Shown here: positions 1-10,300 of the stretch, piece after piece
Position numbering within the stretch: the stretch's first letter is position 1
Layout of the letters: every line of letters begins with the position of its first letter
Assembly (NCBI GenBank): GCA_040264895.1
Contig: JBDQHL010000001.1
Span: forward strand, 79,060-143,059
Reading direction: 5' to 3'
Length of the DNA stretch: 64,000 nt
From: Bacteroidota bacterium
Lineage (GTDB): Bacteria > Bacteroidota > Ignavibacteria > Kapaibacteriales > UBA2268
Notes under the pieces: generated by a model
Database searches by the model: none
Told to the model about the DNA's origin: nothing
What the model saw: the letters and a program-made list of their open reading frames with translations, nothing else
Translations under genes and position numbers: made by a program

Positions 1-537
1 AGTGCTGGAGCTAGCAGAGTTGTCACTGCAGCCAAGGATATGACTCAAATGGTAAACGGACTTATACTTATAGAACCAGCTGGTCCACCAGATGCTGATG
101 ACTTCCCTGATTTAAACGGTTTAAATATGTTAGGAGTTTATGGTGATTACATAACCTCTAGGAACCAAACAAATAGGAAACTAGCAACTGAACAAGCAGC
201 AGAATTTTTTAGTAATTCTGGAGGAGTCGCAAATGTTATTTCACTTCCAGAAGATTCTCTGGTTTATGGAAATAGTCATTTATTGATGCAAGATATGAAT
301 AGTAAGGAAATATTTGAAATTGTCGAGACTTGGTTACAACAATTCAGCTCAACAACTTCGATTGAAAGCAATGAAATAGATGAAAATATAAGAGGACAAA
401 AATATGATGTAGAAGAAGATGCTTTTTATTATTTATACTTACCCGATGATTTAGGAAAAAGATTATCAAAATATGAATATAAGAAGAATAAAGTCACAAA
501 TCTTTATGAAGGACTATTAGGGTATAGACAAATCTAG
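1..537 (+). CDS. secreted alpha/beta-hydrolase-like protein, 5'-partial; ends at a lone in-frame TAG (535-537)
   Basis: Frame 1 is open from nt 1. The segment LILIEPAGPP...GNSHLLMQD resembles the C-terminal His region of alpha/beta hydrolases. The family call is from motif memory only. Confidence 0.45.
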   Translation, partial: SAGASRVVTAAKDMTQMVNGLILIEPAGPPDADDFPDLNGLNMLGVYGDYITSRNQTNRKLATEQAAEFFSNSGGVANVISLPEDSLVYGNSHLLMQDMNSKEIFEIVETWLQQFSSTTSIESNEIDENIRGQKYDVEEDAFYYLYLPDDLGKRLSKYEYKKNKVTNLYEGLLGYRQI

Positions 538-579
538 TTTAGTGATAATAATGAGATTTATTTATATGAAAATGGTGTA

Positions 580-1017
580 TTGCATAATCTAATTCTTAAT
601 GAATTTTTGAGATTAAGACCTGTAGATGCAATACAATATACTGCTTCTTCATGCGAAGGATTAGAAACTATATTAATTAGAGAAAAAACTTCATTACAAA
701 GTCATAAGTTAAGAAAAATAAATGTAGATGATTTATTGACTAATATTGAAACTGGTTATAATAATACAGAAAATTATTTATATCCTAACCCAACAACAGA
801 AGATATAAATATACAACTCAACAACAAATACGCATCCGAATTTCATTATGAGTTAATCTCAACTGCTGATCTAGTAGTTCAATCAAATCCATTAGGTATT
901 ATTAATCCAAGTGGACAAAGCAGAATTGACATTTCAAATCTTGCAAATGGGCATTACTCGTTGAGGATTTACAGCGAGAGAGAAGAATTCATATTCAGCA
1001 TTATAAAAGAGGTGTAG
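580..1017 (+). CDS. T9SS C-terminal sorting domain segment, same frame as 1-537 (probably the severed C-terminus of that gene)
   Basis: Ends YLYPNPTTEDINIQL...GHYSLRIYSEREEFIFSIIKEV, a type-A Por CTD pattern. It has no ATG start or signal peptide of its own. Frame 1 is continuous from 1 to 1017 apart from one TAG. Confidence 0.5.
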   Translation: MHNLILNEFLRLRPVDAIQYTASSCEGLETILIREKTSLQSHKLRKINVDDLLTNIETGYNNTENYLYPNPTTEDINIQLNNKYASEFHYELISTADLVVQSNPLGIINPSGQSRIDISNLANGHYSLRIYSEREEFIFSIIKEV

Positions 1018-1192
1018 GTTTCCTACTTGCTAATTCATTCATTTTGATTAATTTACAGCCTAGATAATTATATTAAAAATCTAATTCGGCACACTAAACG
1101 TACAATATATAAACAAAACAATCATCCATTAATTAAACAATCCCATTATTTGTGACAAAAGTCATATAAAACTGTTAATAACTTAAGTAGCT

Positions 1193-1762
1193 ATGAGCAA
1201 AGATCTATTAGACATATCTGACGCTGAGCTTTATTATATGCTTTCTGGTACAAAATCAGAATCAAAAAAGGCATTCGATGAGCTCTACAGGCGTTATTCA
1301 CCCAATATCTATACCTATTGCAGGAAGGTATTGAATAATGCCCCTATGGCTGAAGATATATTTCAAGAGACCTTTATGCGCTTCTACACTAGTGCCAAAA
1401 AAGACAGAAAAATGACTAATGTTGCTGGTTATCTCACCAAGATAGCAAGGAACTTATGTCTGAACGAAAAGGCAAAAAAGTACAACGACAAGGTATCTTT
1501 GGAAGATTTGGAACTGCCACACTATGATAAATCATACGGTAATAGACAGCTGAACGAACTGCTCCAAACCGCACTCGATGCCCTACCAAAAAAGTACAGA
1601 GAAGTAATTGTGTTGCGTGAGTATATGGATATGTCTTACAAAGAGATAGCCGAAGCACTAGACACGAAAATGCCCATAGTTAGAATAAGAATATATAGAG
1701 CTAAAGGTAAAATCAAAGAACTTTTAGCACCTTACTTTGATGAAATAAAAGACTATAGTTAA
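1193..1762 (+). CDS. ECF (sigma-70 family, group 4) RNA polymerase sigma factor
   Basis: Region 2 reads DIFQETFMRFY and region 4 HTH reads MSYKEIAEALDTKMPIVRIRIYRAKGKIKE. At 189 aa the size is typical. Confidence 0.9.
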   Translation: MSKDLLDISDAELYYMLSGTKSESKKAFDELYRRYSPNIYTYCRKVLNNAPMAEDIFQETFMRFYTSAKKDRKMTNVAGYLTKIARNLCLNEKAKKYNDKVSLEDLELPHYDKSYGNRQLNELLQTALDALPKKYREVIVLREYMDMSYKEIAEALDTKMPIVRIRIYRAKGKIKELLAPYFDEIKDYS

Positions 1763-3060
1763 TGGAAATGAAAGATTATAATATGACTGATTCTGAAAAA
1801 TTAGCAATGTTGCTAGACGGAGAAACCGAAGGGCTAGACACTACAGAAGTGCTCAATTCCTTGGCGGAAAGTCCCGAGCTGCAAAAGGAATTTCTGGACA
1901 CCATGCGGATGCGCCGTATGATGAGTGGCCAGTTAGAAACTCCACCAAACAGACTCCGCAGGGGCGTACTTGCTGGTATCGGCTTAGGTGGCAGTGGATT
2001 GTGGTATCACTTGCAAAACACAGGTTTCGCAGCAGCATCGGCACTTATCGGTTCTAAGGTTGGTGTAGCTATTGCAGCTACTACTATCGCAGTAGTATCT
2101 AATCTATTCCTTGTCGATATGGACAATAACGAGGAACCAACTACAGTAAGTAACAGTACAAACAAACAATTTGCAGCTTTGGCTAGCGCTGAGCCAGTAG
2201 AAATGTCTGTACCATTTGTTAGTAGTAAAAGCGTTGTAGAGGAAGACGTAGCAGCTAAGGGTAGCAACAACTCTTTCATTAGCAGTTCAAACTCTTCTGA
2301 GGGTAGTTATATTGCAAATAATGATATTGAAACAGACGTAGCGGGTAACAATAATGCAAAAACTAGTAATAATAGTTTATTAATTTCCGAAAGCTCAATT
2401 GCTAACAGCAATGACACAGAAAGCTATTTATTAGTTTCTGACAAGTCAGATTATAATATTGACAGTTATAACAATAGAGAGTTCAATACAAGCTATGACA
2501 ATGGTACAAATAGTGGGTTCATAGTAAATCCATCTAAAAGAATGCAATATGATTATAGTTCAGACAGAGCACTGCTATTCAACTTACAAGCAAAAGGAGT
2601 ATCAAATTCATCACTGACCGATGCTAACATGTCAGTTGTCGAGTCACCGACTATCAATAATATTGGTATAGCACTTATGTATTCTGTAAATGAAGATTTT
2701 GAATTAGGTTTAGAGTTTGGGCAAGAGTTCTTTGTTAACAAAGTGAGAGTAAGCACATTTGAAACTGATGAGACGATGCTAGAAAATCAATTAACTTTTT
2801 GGGGTGGTCTGAAAGCAAACTATACCTTCAGTGAGCTTAGTATATTAACTCAAAACCTAAAGCCAATGACGTCATTATTAATTGGGGGTACTAACCGTGG
2901 CTGGGTAACAAAAGCTTCAGCTGGGTTGGTGTACGATGTATCTAACAAAATATCGATGTTCGCAGGTCCAGAATGGACTACGGGACTTTATAACTTTAAT
3001 TCAAGCCTACTGTCAACTCATAAGTTTGGAATTATATATGGTATGTCCATTAGGTTCTAA
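1762..3060 (+). CDS. putative anti-sigma factor with N/S-rich linker and C-terminal OMP-like beta-barrel domain
   Basis: TAATG overlap with the sigma gene. The N-terminus has LAMLLDGETEGL...PELQKEF, typical of anti-sigma domains, followed by one TM (VGVAIAATTIAVVSNLFLV). The C-terminal 160 aa show alternating hydrophobic strands and a terminal Phe (GMSIRF). Confidence 0.6.
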   Translation: MEMKDYNMTDSEKLAMLLDGETEGLDTTEVLNSLAESPELQKEFLDTMRMRRMMSGQLETPPNRLRRGVLAGIGLGGSGLWYHLQNTGFAAASALIGSKVGVAIAATTIAVVSNLFLVDMDNNEEPTTVSNSTNKQFAALASAEPVEMSVPFVSSKSVVEEDVAAKGSNNSFISSSNSSEGSYIANNDIETDVAGNNNAKTSNNSLLISESSIANSNDTESYLLVSDKSDYNIDSYNNREFNTSYDNGTNSGFIVNPSKRMQYDYSSDRALLFNLQAKGVSNSSLTDANMSVVESPTINNIGIALMYSVNEDFELGLEFGQEFFVNKVRVSTFETDETMLENQLTFWGGLKANYTFSELSILTQNLKPMTSLLIGGTNRGWVTKASAGLVYDVSNKISMFAGPEWTTGLYNFNSSLLSTHKFGIIYGMSIRF

Positions 3061-3105
3061 TCAAAGTTAGATTGAACATAATCTTACTGGTTAGCAATGG
3101 TCGTT

Positions 3106-3426
3106 TTAGTTAAGCGACAACTCTGGTAATTTATGGGTAGAATTGCTGAAGAACATAAGAGGCACAATATTGAATGTCATGTACTTGAAAAGTGGGAACT
3201 TTTCAGTCATTAGTCTTATTTCTTCACTGTCTTTACCGACTGCCACTAACCATAGCTTTGTGCTATCGTCCGAAAGACAATAACTAAGTATTACGCCCTT
3301 ATCCATTAGGTCAAGAACCATATCGCGCTGAGTAGCTATTTGCAAATAGAAATCAGATGGTGGATTGTCATCAATATCCACATCAATCATAAAGTGTTTT
3401 AATATATTAAAATTTTTCTCTTCCAT
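3106..3426 (-). CDS. muconolactone delta-isomerase-like small protein
   Basis: FPLFKYMTFNIVPL closely resembles the LPLFPYMDIEV segment of muconolactone isomerases. At 106 aa it lies 5 nt downstream of the GT9 gene. Confidence 0.45.
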   Translation of the reverse strand: MEEKNFNILKHFMIDVDIDDNPPSDFYLQIATQRDMVLDLMDKGVILSYCLSDDSTKLWLVAVGKDSEEIRLMTEKFPLFKYMTFNIVPLMFFSNSTHKLPELSLN

Positions 3427-3431
3427 AACTT

Positions 3432-4514
3432 TTATACCTTTACTTCAATATTTTTTACCACTGCTTCATAAAGCATATCAGCACTCACAAGATCAATACA
3501 AGAATAGTCATCATTCGTACACTTTGCACTGAAAAAGCAATGACACTGTTTAGTTGGCTCTACAATTTCACCACGTCCATATAGTTCAAACTCTTCAGCG
3601 TTAAAAATATTGTTAACCAATATTAACGGTTTTCTGAGTCCTATAGCTAAGTGTGCACCCATAGTAACTGCACTTACCACCAAATCGCATTCACTGATGA
3701 GCGAAATAAATTTATTCAAACTAAAGTGACCCAAATAAGCTGCCTTAGTAGTCGCTGCTAGATATTCATTTTTGTAATGCTCTTGCGAACCACCTAATAG
3801 CAATGGGTAATAACCATTTTCCTTTAGCTTATTTATCAATTCTATCCAAGTTGAATCAGGAATCAAACGGCTAGTCCACCTGTCGCCACAACCAGTATTA
3901 AGACCTACAATTTTTCTGCCTTGGTTAGCCAAATCCCAATCTTGCTTCAAGTAATCTATAATGTAAGGCTCTTTGTTAAATTTCCATCCGCATATTTCAA
4001 ATATTTCTTCTGGATAGGACTTAGTATTTGCCTTGTTTACATTATCAAAAAGCCCAGTCAAATACTTTTGCTCAGCTCTTTCGTTAGCAGGAACTGGTTT
4101 ACCATCACGCATAGTAAATCCATCTAACTTTTTTGTAGTTAGTGATTTTGTGAGTCCACAAGCTTCGTAATCTTTGTCTAAGTTAATTACATAGTCAAAC
4201 TCTGTATTTTGCATAGTAAGTATTGACTTTGCATCGAATTTGAAAACTCTATCTACTTTATCGGGCACAACTGAGGGGAAATCGGTAATCCACCAAATTT
4301 CAGAGTCACTATATTCTTCCCATACTTTTTTCAAAATGGGAGTGGTTCTTATTACATCACCAATAGCACCGAGTTTTATAATTAGTACTTTACCTTTCTT
4401 CGGTTCATAATAACTACAGTCCTCGCACATAACTCCATGTATTTTGTGAGGTCCACATGGAATATGACCTAAAAAGTATTTACAATCTAAATTGTATTTA
4501 ATCTTTTCTGACAT
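3432..4514 (-). CDS. glycosyltransferase family 9 (heptosyltransferase-like) with N-terminal Cys-rich segment
   Basis: KVLIIKLGAIGDVIRTTPIL, GLNTGCGDRW, LLLGG and CDLVVSAVTMGAHLAIGLRKPLILV are GT9 hallmarks. Confidence 0.85.
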   Translation of the reverse strand: MSEKIKYNLDCKYFLGHIPCGPHKIHGVMCEDCSYYEPKKGKVLIIKLGAIGDVIRTTPILKKVWEEYSDSEIWWITDFPSVVPDKVDRVFKFDAKSILTMQNTEFDYVINLDKDYEACGLTKSLTTKKLDGFTMRDGKPVPANERAEQKYLTGLFDNVNKANTKSYPEEIFEICGWKFNKEPYIIDYLKQDWDLANQGRKIVGLNTGCGDRWTSRLIPDSTWIELINKLKENGYYPLLLGGSQEHYKNEYLAATTKAAYLGHFSLNKFISLISECDLVVSAVTMGAHLAIGLRKPLILVNNIFNAEEFELYGRGEIVEPTKQCHCFFSAKCTNDDYSCIDLVSADMLYEAVVKNIEVKV

Positions 4515-4519
4515 ATATG

Positions 4520-5308
4520 CTAATATCTGTATTGAATCATTATTGAAAAGTAAAAATTATAGGTAAGCTCTTCTTCCTGTTCTATTCCTAAAGCAGAATT
4601 GAAACTTTCAGGTCCGAATGGTGTCAGAAGATTCCCACGACTATCGTCAGCACCCAATAGGTTAAGGGCATCGACTCCCCAACTAACATTGATCATATAA
4701 TTTTCGTAAAGTTCACCTTCTAAACCAAGTTTCAACAATCCACCAAATCTACCCACAGACTGTTTATCTCCAAACTCTCTTTCTTCTATCTCTCCGGTAG
4801 AAAATATCTCTTCTTGTCGAATCAAACTAATAGCATGAATATAATTATATCTTGCTTCTACACCCACATAAACTGAAGACATAGCTGAAGGAAATCTGAT
4901 AAGTGTATAGTTAATACCAACTAGTGGAGATAGAATATTCAAATTATTCATTAATCTGAAAGTACTAATATCTCTTGGTATTCTCTCTCTAGCACTATAA
5001 AAATTGTAATTAATACCACCTACTAATCTCCAATCACCAACATCATCTAGTTTGTATTGACCTTTAACTTCAATACCTGGCATAGCTCCATTAAAACTAC
5101 CACCCGGAGGGTTTGCAGCATTGATTGGACTAATAGTATTAATAGCAGGGTTGTTGCCTAGTACTTTTGTAGTTGTAAATCCTATACCTAAACTATACTC
5201 ATAGTTATAGACATTGGTGTTACTAAAACTATATTGGCTCATCATTACAAATGATACCAAGCCAACAATTATTAAATTATAAAGTTTCTTTAATTTGATA
5301 TTCTTCAT
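4520..5308 (-). CDS. small outer-membrane beta-barrel protein (PorT/SprT-sized)
   Basis: Signal-like N-terminus (MKNIKLKKLYNLIIVGLVSFVMMSQYSFS), alternating beta-strand pattern and an aromatic C-terminus (IQYRY). The start is chosen at the second Met to reduce overlap with the GT2 gene. Confidence 0.6.
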   Translation of the reverse strand: MKNIKLKKLYNLIIVGLVSFVMMSQYSFSNTNVYNYEYSLGIGFTTTKVLGNNPAINTISPINAANPPGGSFNGAMPGIEVKGQYKLDDVGDWRLVGGINYNFYSARERIPRDISTFRLMNNLNILSPLVGINYTLIRFPSAMSSVYVGVEARYNYIHAISLIRQEEIFSTGEIEEREFGDKQSVGRFGGLLKLGLEGELYENYMINVSWGVDALNLLGADDSRGNLLTPFGPESFNSALGIEQEEELTYNFYFSIMIQYRY

Positions 5309-6419
5309 CTCTTTTAAAATTTTTGACAATCATTTCGCCCAGTAGTCCCAATGAGACTAACTGAACACCAACTATTATTAATCCAATACCAAGAAGTGCT
5401 GCTGGTCTGTTACTCAAGAAAGTATCTCCCATCAACCATTCTATTGTTAGCCAAGCGTCTATCCCAAATCCTAACAATCCTAATAAAGTACCTAGTGTAC
5501 CAAAAAAGTGTAGTGGTCTTTTAAGATAACGTGATGTAAACAATAATGTTAATAAATCAAGGAATCCTTTTACATATCTAGAAGCGCCAAATTTGGTAAC
5601 TCCATGTTTTCTATGGTGATGCAAAACAGGTATTTCAGCTATTCTAAAACCATTCCAGTGGGCTAGTACAGGTAAATACCTATGCATTTCGCCATATATA
5701 TCGAGTGACTTTGCAGTTTCAGACCTATAAGCCTTTAGTCCACAATTAAAATCATGTAGCTTTAACCCGCTAGTTTTTGATGTAACGAAGTTAAAGAATT
5801 TAGAAGGTAACGTTTTATTAATTGGGTCATTTCTTTTCTTCTTCCAACCAGAAACCAAATCATAACCTTCTCTAATTTTGGACATTAAGTTAGGTATCTC
5901 ATCTGGATCATCTTGAAGGTCAGCATCCATTGTAATTATAACTGCACCTTTCGCACGCTTGAAACCAACTGACAAAGCAGCTGATTTACCATAATTTCTT
6001 CTAAATCTTATTAGCTTAAACCGTCTATTCTTTTTATTAATCTCTTTGATTACCGAATAAGTGTTATCGTCGGAACCATCATCTATATATATTACTTCGT
6101 AGTTTCCTTTTGCTTCTCTCTTTAGGACGTGTTCCAATCTATTTGAAAGCTCTTCGAGTGAGTCTTGCTCATTGAAAGTTGGAATCACAACTGATATCAG
6201 AGGTCTTTTAGAGTTGTTAGAATAATTCTTTTTCCTCTTGATGCCCTGCTTATTATCTTTACCTTCAGAATTATCTTTTGGCTTATGAGACTTCTTAACA
6301 GGGTTTATTCTGCTATCTCTTTTCTTATAATTCTTAGGTTTATGAGCATCTGTACTCCTTTGCCTTTCTGGCTTAGAGCTCTCTGAATTTTCTATTTGCT
6401 TTTTATCTTTATCAGGCAT
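5277..6419 (-). CDS. glycosyltransferase family 2, polyprenyl-phosphate glycosyltransferase-like (ArnC/GtrB type) with about 70-aa basic N-terminal extension
   Basis: VVIPTFNEQDSL, DDGSDDNT and DADLQDDP motifs plus two C-terminal TM helices. The N-terminus is K/R/S/N-rich low complexity. Confidence 0.85.
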   Translation of the reverse strand: MPDKDKKQIENSESSKPERQRSTDAHKPKNYKKRDSRINPVKKSHKPKDNSEGKDNKQGIKRKKNYSNNSKRPLISVVIPTFNEQDSLEELSNRLEHVLKREAKGNYEVIYIDDGSDDNTYSVIKEINKKNRRFKLIRFRRNYGKSAALSVGFKRAKGAVIITMDADLQDDPDEIPNLMSKIREGYDLVSGWKKKRNDPINKTLPSKFFNFVTSKTSGLKLHDFNCGLKAYRSETAKSLDIYGEMHRYLPVLAHWNGFRIAEIPVLHHHRKHGVTKFGASRYVKGFLDLLTLLFTSRYLKRPLHFFGTLGTLLGLLGFGIDAWLTIEWLMGDTFLSNRPAALLGIGLIIVGVQLVSLGLLGEMIVKNFKRDEEYQIKETL

Positions 6420-6483
6420 CTGGTATCTATTCTTTACTGCTTATATAATAAACAAAATTTTCCAATATTAATTACAGTATAAA

Positions 6484-7242
6484 CTACAATTTAACAATCT
6501 TTAGCTTACCAACCACATTATCATTGTAGTAAATATATGCAAAATATACTCCCCTGCCTAATGAGTTTACATTAAAACTAGAGTTGCTACCTTTCACTTC
6601 TATTTGTTTTGTACCATTTAAGCCATATACAGCTACTCTATCGGCGTTGTTGCCCTCATTATATATAATACCATTAGAATAGTAAAAACCATTATCTTCA
6701 GCGGTATTAGAAACTGATGTCTCAGTTTGTATAAACCTAACACTAATAGTATATGTTTCTATAAAGATATTATCAATTACTAAAGGAACACCATTTACAA
6801 TATTAGAATCAACTAAGGTACCACCTGTAATATTATCAACTACTCTAATTTCCTTTATCCGCTGGTCTAAATCACCAATCGGAACAGTTAATCTAAAGTC
6901 TTTTCCTTGTTCTCTATTTCCAAGAAGTTCAAAAGCATAATCTATAATAGTGTCATTCTGTATTGGTTTTGCCCTTAAGTCAATATCTGTAAAAATTAAT
7001 TCGTCTTCTCTACCTTCATACTCTCTTATAATTCTAAAAGTAGGGATAATCCCCTGTGGTGGGGGAAAAGGTGGCAAATCATTTTCATAATTTTCGTCAT
7101 AAACATTAGTAGTAGAGTCAGAATACCCTGCCTCTAAAAAAGTGCTAACACCATCATAACTTACATTTAGTTTGAATGATGTTTTATCAAGACTAAAAGA
7201 GAAATATGTAGTAAAAATAAATAGTAAAACAACTAATCGCAT
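6484..7242 (-). CDS. T9SS-sorted secreted protein, function unknown
   Basis: Signal peptide MRLVVLLFIFTTYFSFS; the start is moved to this Met because the longer ORF would run into a terminator hairpin. CTD end reads GVYFAYIYYNDNVVGKLKIVKL. Carries an LPPFPPP motif. Confidence 0.75.
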   Translation of the reverse strand: MRLVVLLFIFTTYFSFSLDKTSFKLNVSYDGVSTFLEAGYSDSTTNVYDENYENDLPPFPPPQGIIPTFRIIREYEGREDELIFTDIDLRAKPIQNDTIIDYAFELLGNREQGKDFRLTVPIGDLDQRIKEIRVVDNITGGTLVDSNIVNGVPLVIDNIFIETYTISVRFIQTETSVSNTAEDNGFYYSNGIIYNEGNNADRVAVYGLNGTKQIEVKGSNSSFNVNSLGRGVYFAYIYYNDNVVGKLKIVKL

Positions 7243-7264
7243 AGTGTTCTTCTCCGTATCATTA

Positions 7265-7305
7265 AATAAAAAAAGGGATAGCACAACTTGCGTCTAGCTA
7301 TCCCT
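7265..7305 (-). terminator. intrinsic terminator after the 1066-aa gene
   Basis: 9-bp stem AGGGATAGC/GCTATCCCT (7274-7282 and 7297-7305), followed on the minus strand by a run of 8 T. Confidence 0.7.
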
Positions 7306-7332
7306 AAGAATGTTATAGTTTACAACTACAGA

Positions 7333-10300
7333 TTATTTAACGATTTGTAATCTCATAATCTTGTTGTAAGAACCAGCTTGAACTTTAACAAAGTAGTTAC
7401 CAGAAGAGAAGCCGTTAGCATCAAAGCTAATAGTCTTAACATCTTCGTTTACGTTTCCACTGTAAAGATTAGCTACTTTGTTACCAACTGAGTTGATTAA
7501 AGTAACATTGTAAGCACCTTCTACAGGAGCATTGAAACTAATAGTAGCTTCAGATACAACTGGGTTAGGGTAAACATTGTTTACTTCACTTAATTCTTCA
7601 GTTTCTACTCTATTCAATTGAATTGAGTTAGAAGAAGACTTAATTTCAACTGAAGAGAAATTATCAGAACTGATAGTACCAAAGTACTCGTAAGTAGCTG
7701 CGTCTTTCACTTCAAAAGTACCATTCATTCCTTTAGCAGATATAGAAACTGGATACTCAACGTTAGTCAATTTGATAATTGATTCGTTGTTGTTAGTCAT
7801 CTCAGTATTACCGTCAAACCTTACGTCAAAAGATGGTGGTAGTGGTGGTAATTCAATGCTGTTAATTTCTGTGTTGTTAGTTACATATAATGCTTTAGAA
7901 CTTTGGTTATTGTCAGAAACAATAATTTGAGTTGCATTGTTTTTAACACTATTTCTAGAGTCAAACATTACTGGAACTTCGTTAGTTCTCTTAGCACTTT
8001 CTGTATTAAAGTAGTAGTAACCATCAGTATCAACTTTCAACCAGTAACCTAATCCAGGTTGTAATTCAGATACTTCTTTGTAACCTTCTTTAGTTTCATA
8101 TTTCCAGACACCATGTTGTAGCATGTAGTTTCTGTCAGGTCTGTTACCTTGACCAACTGATCTAAACTCTAATGCTTCAACATTGATAGGAGTTGTAGGA
8201 GCACCAACTGTGTTCCAACCACCTCTTCCTTCGTCAGCAACATAAACTCTTACTGGGTTAACCAATGGGCTAACTTCAAAGATGCTAGTTCCTCTGAATG
8301 TAGTAGGTAAGTTATCTTTATTCGCACCGAATTTTACGAAATAACCAACACCTGGACGAATGTTTCCGTCATCTTCTTGTTGATATGAATTTAAGAAGAA
8401 GTAATAAGGTCTTCTAGTTAGTAGACCTGTTGACTCCCAAGGATTACCATTATCAATTGGTTTTACAGGCATAGATAGTAAATTCCATCCTGGCTCTATA
8501 ATTGGGTTACCCTCAAAATCAGTGTATTCGATTAATTTAGCAGGAGTATATTCTATATAGAATTCTCTTACTCTAGGGTCATTTATATTGAATGTATATA
8601 CATTAGGATCAATACTTGGAGTACCTTCATTCCACAAATCAACTGGATCAAAAGTTTGACCATTGTCTGTATCTCTTAAGAATATTGAAGAACCTTCAAT
8701 AAAGTCTTCTCTGTTCCATGAAATGATAATAGGATATCTTTGATCTTGATTATCTTCACCTGGATTAAATTTAACTTTATAAATTAATGAACGCGTCGTA
8801 TCATCAGAACTTCTAATATCTCTAGAATTTGATTTCAATTGCTCATCACTAGTAGCAAAGTCACCAAGACCAAATTGGATATCAGGATCATCAATTTCTT
8901 CTCCAGATTCATCTACAGGATAGAATCTAGCTTCCATTTCAGTAGAAGAAAGAGCAGATTCTTTAGCGTGCTCACCATATAGTGAATCTACACCAATTGT
9001 AGCTCTGTCACCAGTACCAAATACTATTCTTGAAGACTCTCCATCTCTATTTGTTAATGTCAATGGAATACCATTCAATCTTGAACCAGCTGGATCTTGA
9101 CCTTCTAATGGTGGTCTGAAGTAAATAAATGTTACTTTAATTCTTACTGGAGAAATGATAGCATAATCAGAACTGAATGTTAGATAACCAGTATAAATAC
9201 CAGTTTTCTCAATTTCAGGATCATCATTCAAATCATCACCAGCTTGGATTTTTGCAGGATCACAAGTTATTGTTAAACTTAATGGACCTTCGTCATCTGG
9301 AACTTCATTCTGTTCATCTCTTTGACTGTCTTCACCTAATAAACCATTATCTAAATAAGTTACAAAGCCTTCTGTTGTAGGACCTTGTATATCACGGCCA
9401 TCAAATTCTAACCATGGTTTATCAGATACGATATGGATGTTTTTAAGTAAAGTTAATTCTGTACCATTCAAAACTTCCATAATTCGTGTTGCCACATTTG
9501 GATAAGGGTTTTGATTTCTATTCGCATTCAAATCAACAGTAAAAGGATCTACTATTTCATATAAACCTTCCTCTATTTCTACAATTGGAGGTTGTTGACC
9601 TAATTGTCTGTTAATCTCAAATTCAAAAGATGGTTGATCTGTCATATATTGGAACCAAATACCACCTGGTAAAATTTTGTTCTCAACGATATCATTTTGG
9701 ATAGTTCTATTGTCCATACCAGCAAGACCAGAGAAAGTTACACCAAGTGGTGAATCATAATTAGGTCTTTGTGGATCTGGGAAATCTTCACTAACTCGTG
9801 TATCATAATCTCTGTAGTCAACAAAAGGAGCTTCTTGTAATACATTCAAGTCATTGTAAATAATAGTGTCTCTACCAATATGGAAGAAAGAAAAACTATT
9901 TTCTAACTTCTCGCCTTCATTCAATACAGCTTTAAATCTTACATAAAGTAAAACTCTAAACTGTTGGAAGTCCAACGCTGTATTTGGCAATGGTTTGTTA
10001 CTTGCAGCAGATATTGATACTGCACGGCCTCTATTAACAGTTACCGTTTGAGATGCATCAATATGAGTATAGAAGTTTTTATCTACTTCATCATGCCAGT
10101 CAATTTGGAAGCCAGCAGCCAATGGTTGCTCTCCTCTTAATTTAACAGAACGAGGAATGTATTTAGGATGTACAGTTTCTACACCAATTGGTCTTACTGT
10201 TGCTGAATCATAGAACAATTTAAAGTTGAAACTAGTGATAGGAGCAACAGGTAAATCAACAGAATATCCATCTGGATTATCTGCCCATCTGTTATCAATA

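Noticed and set aside
1434-2279. Minus-strand ORFs (1434-1658, 1853-2044, 2007-2279) opposite the sigma and anti-sigma genes
   Set aside because: They are antisense to well-supported coding sequences and show no features.
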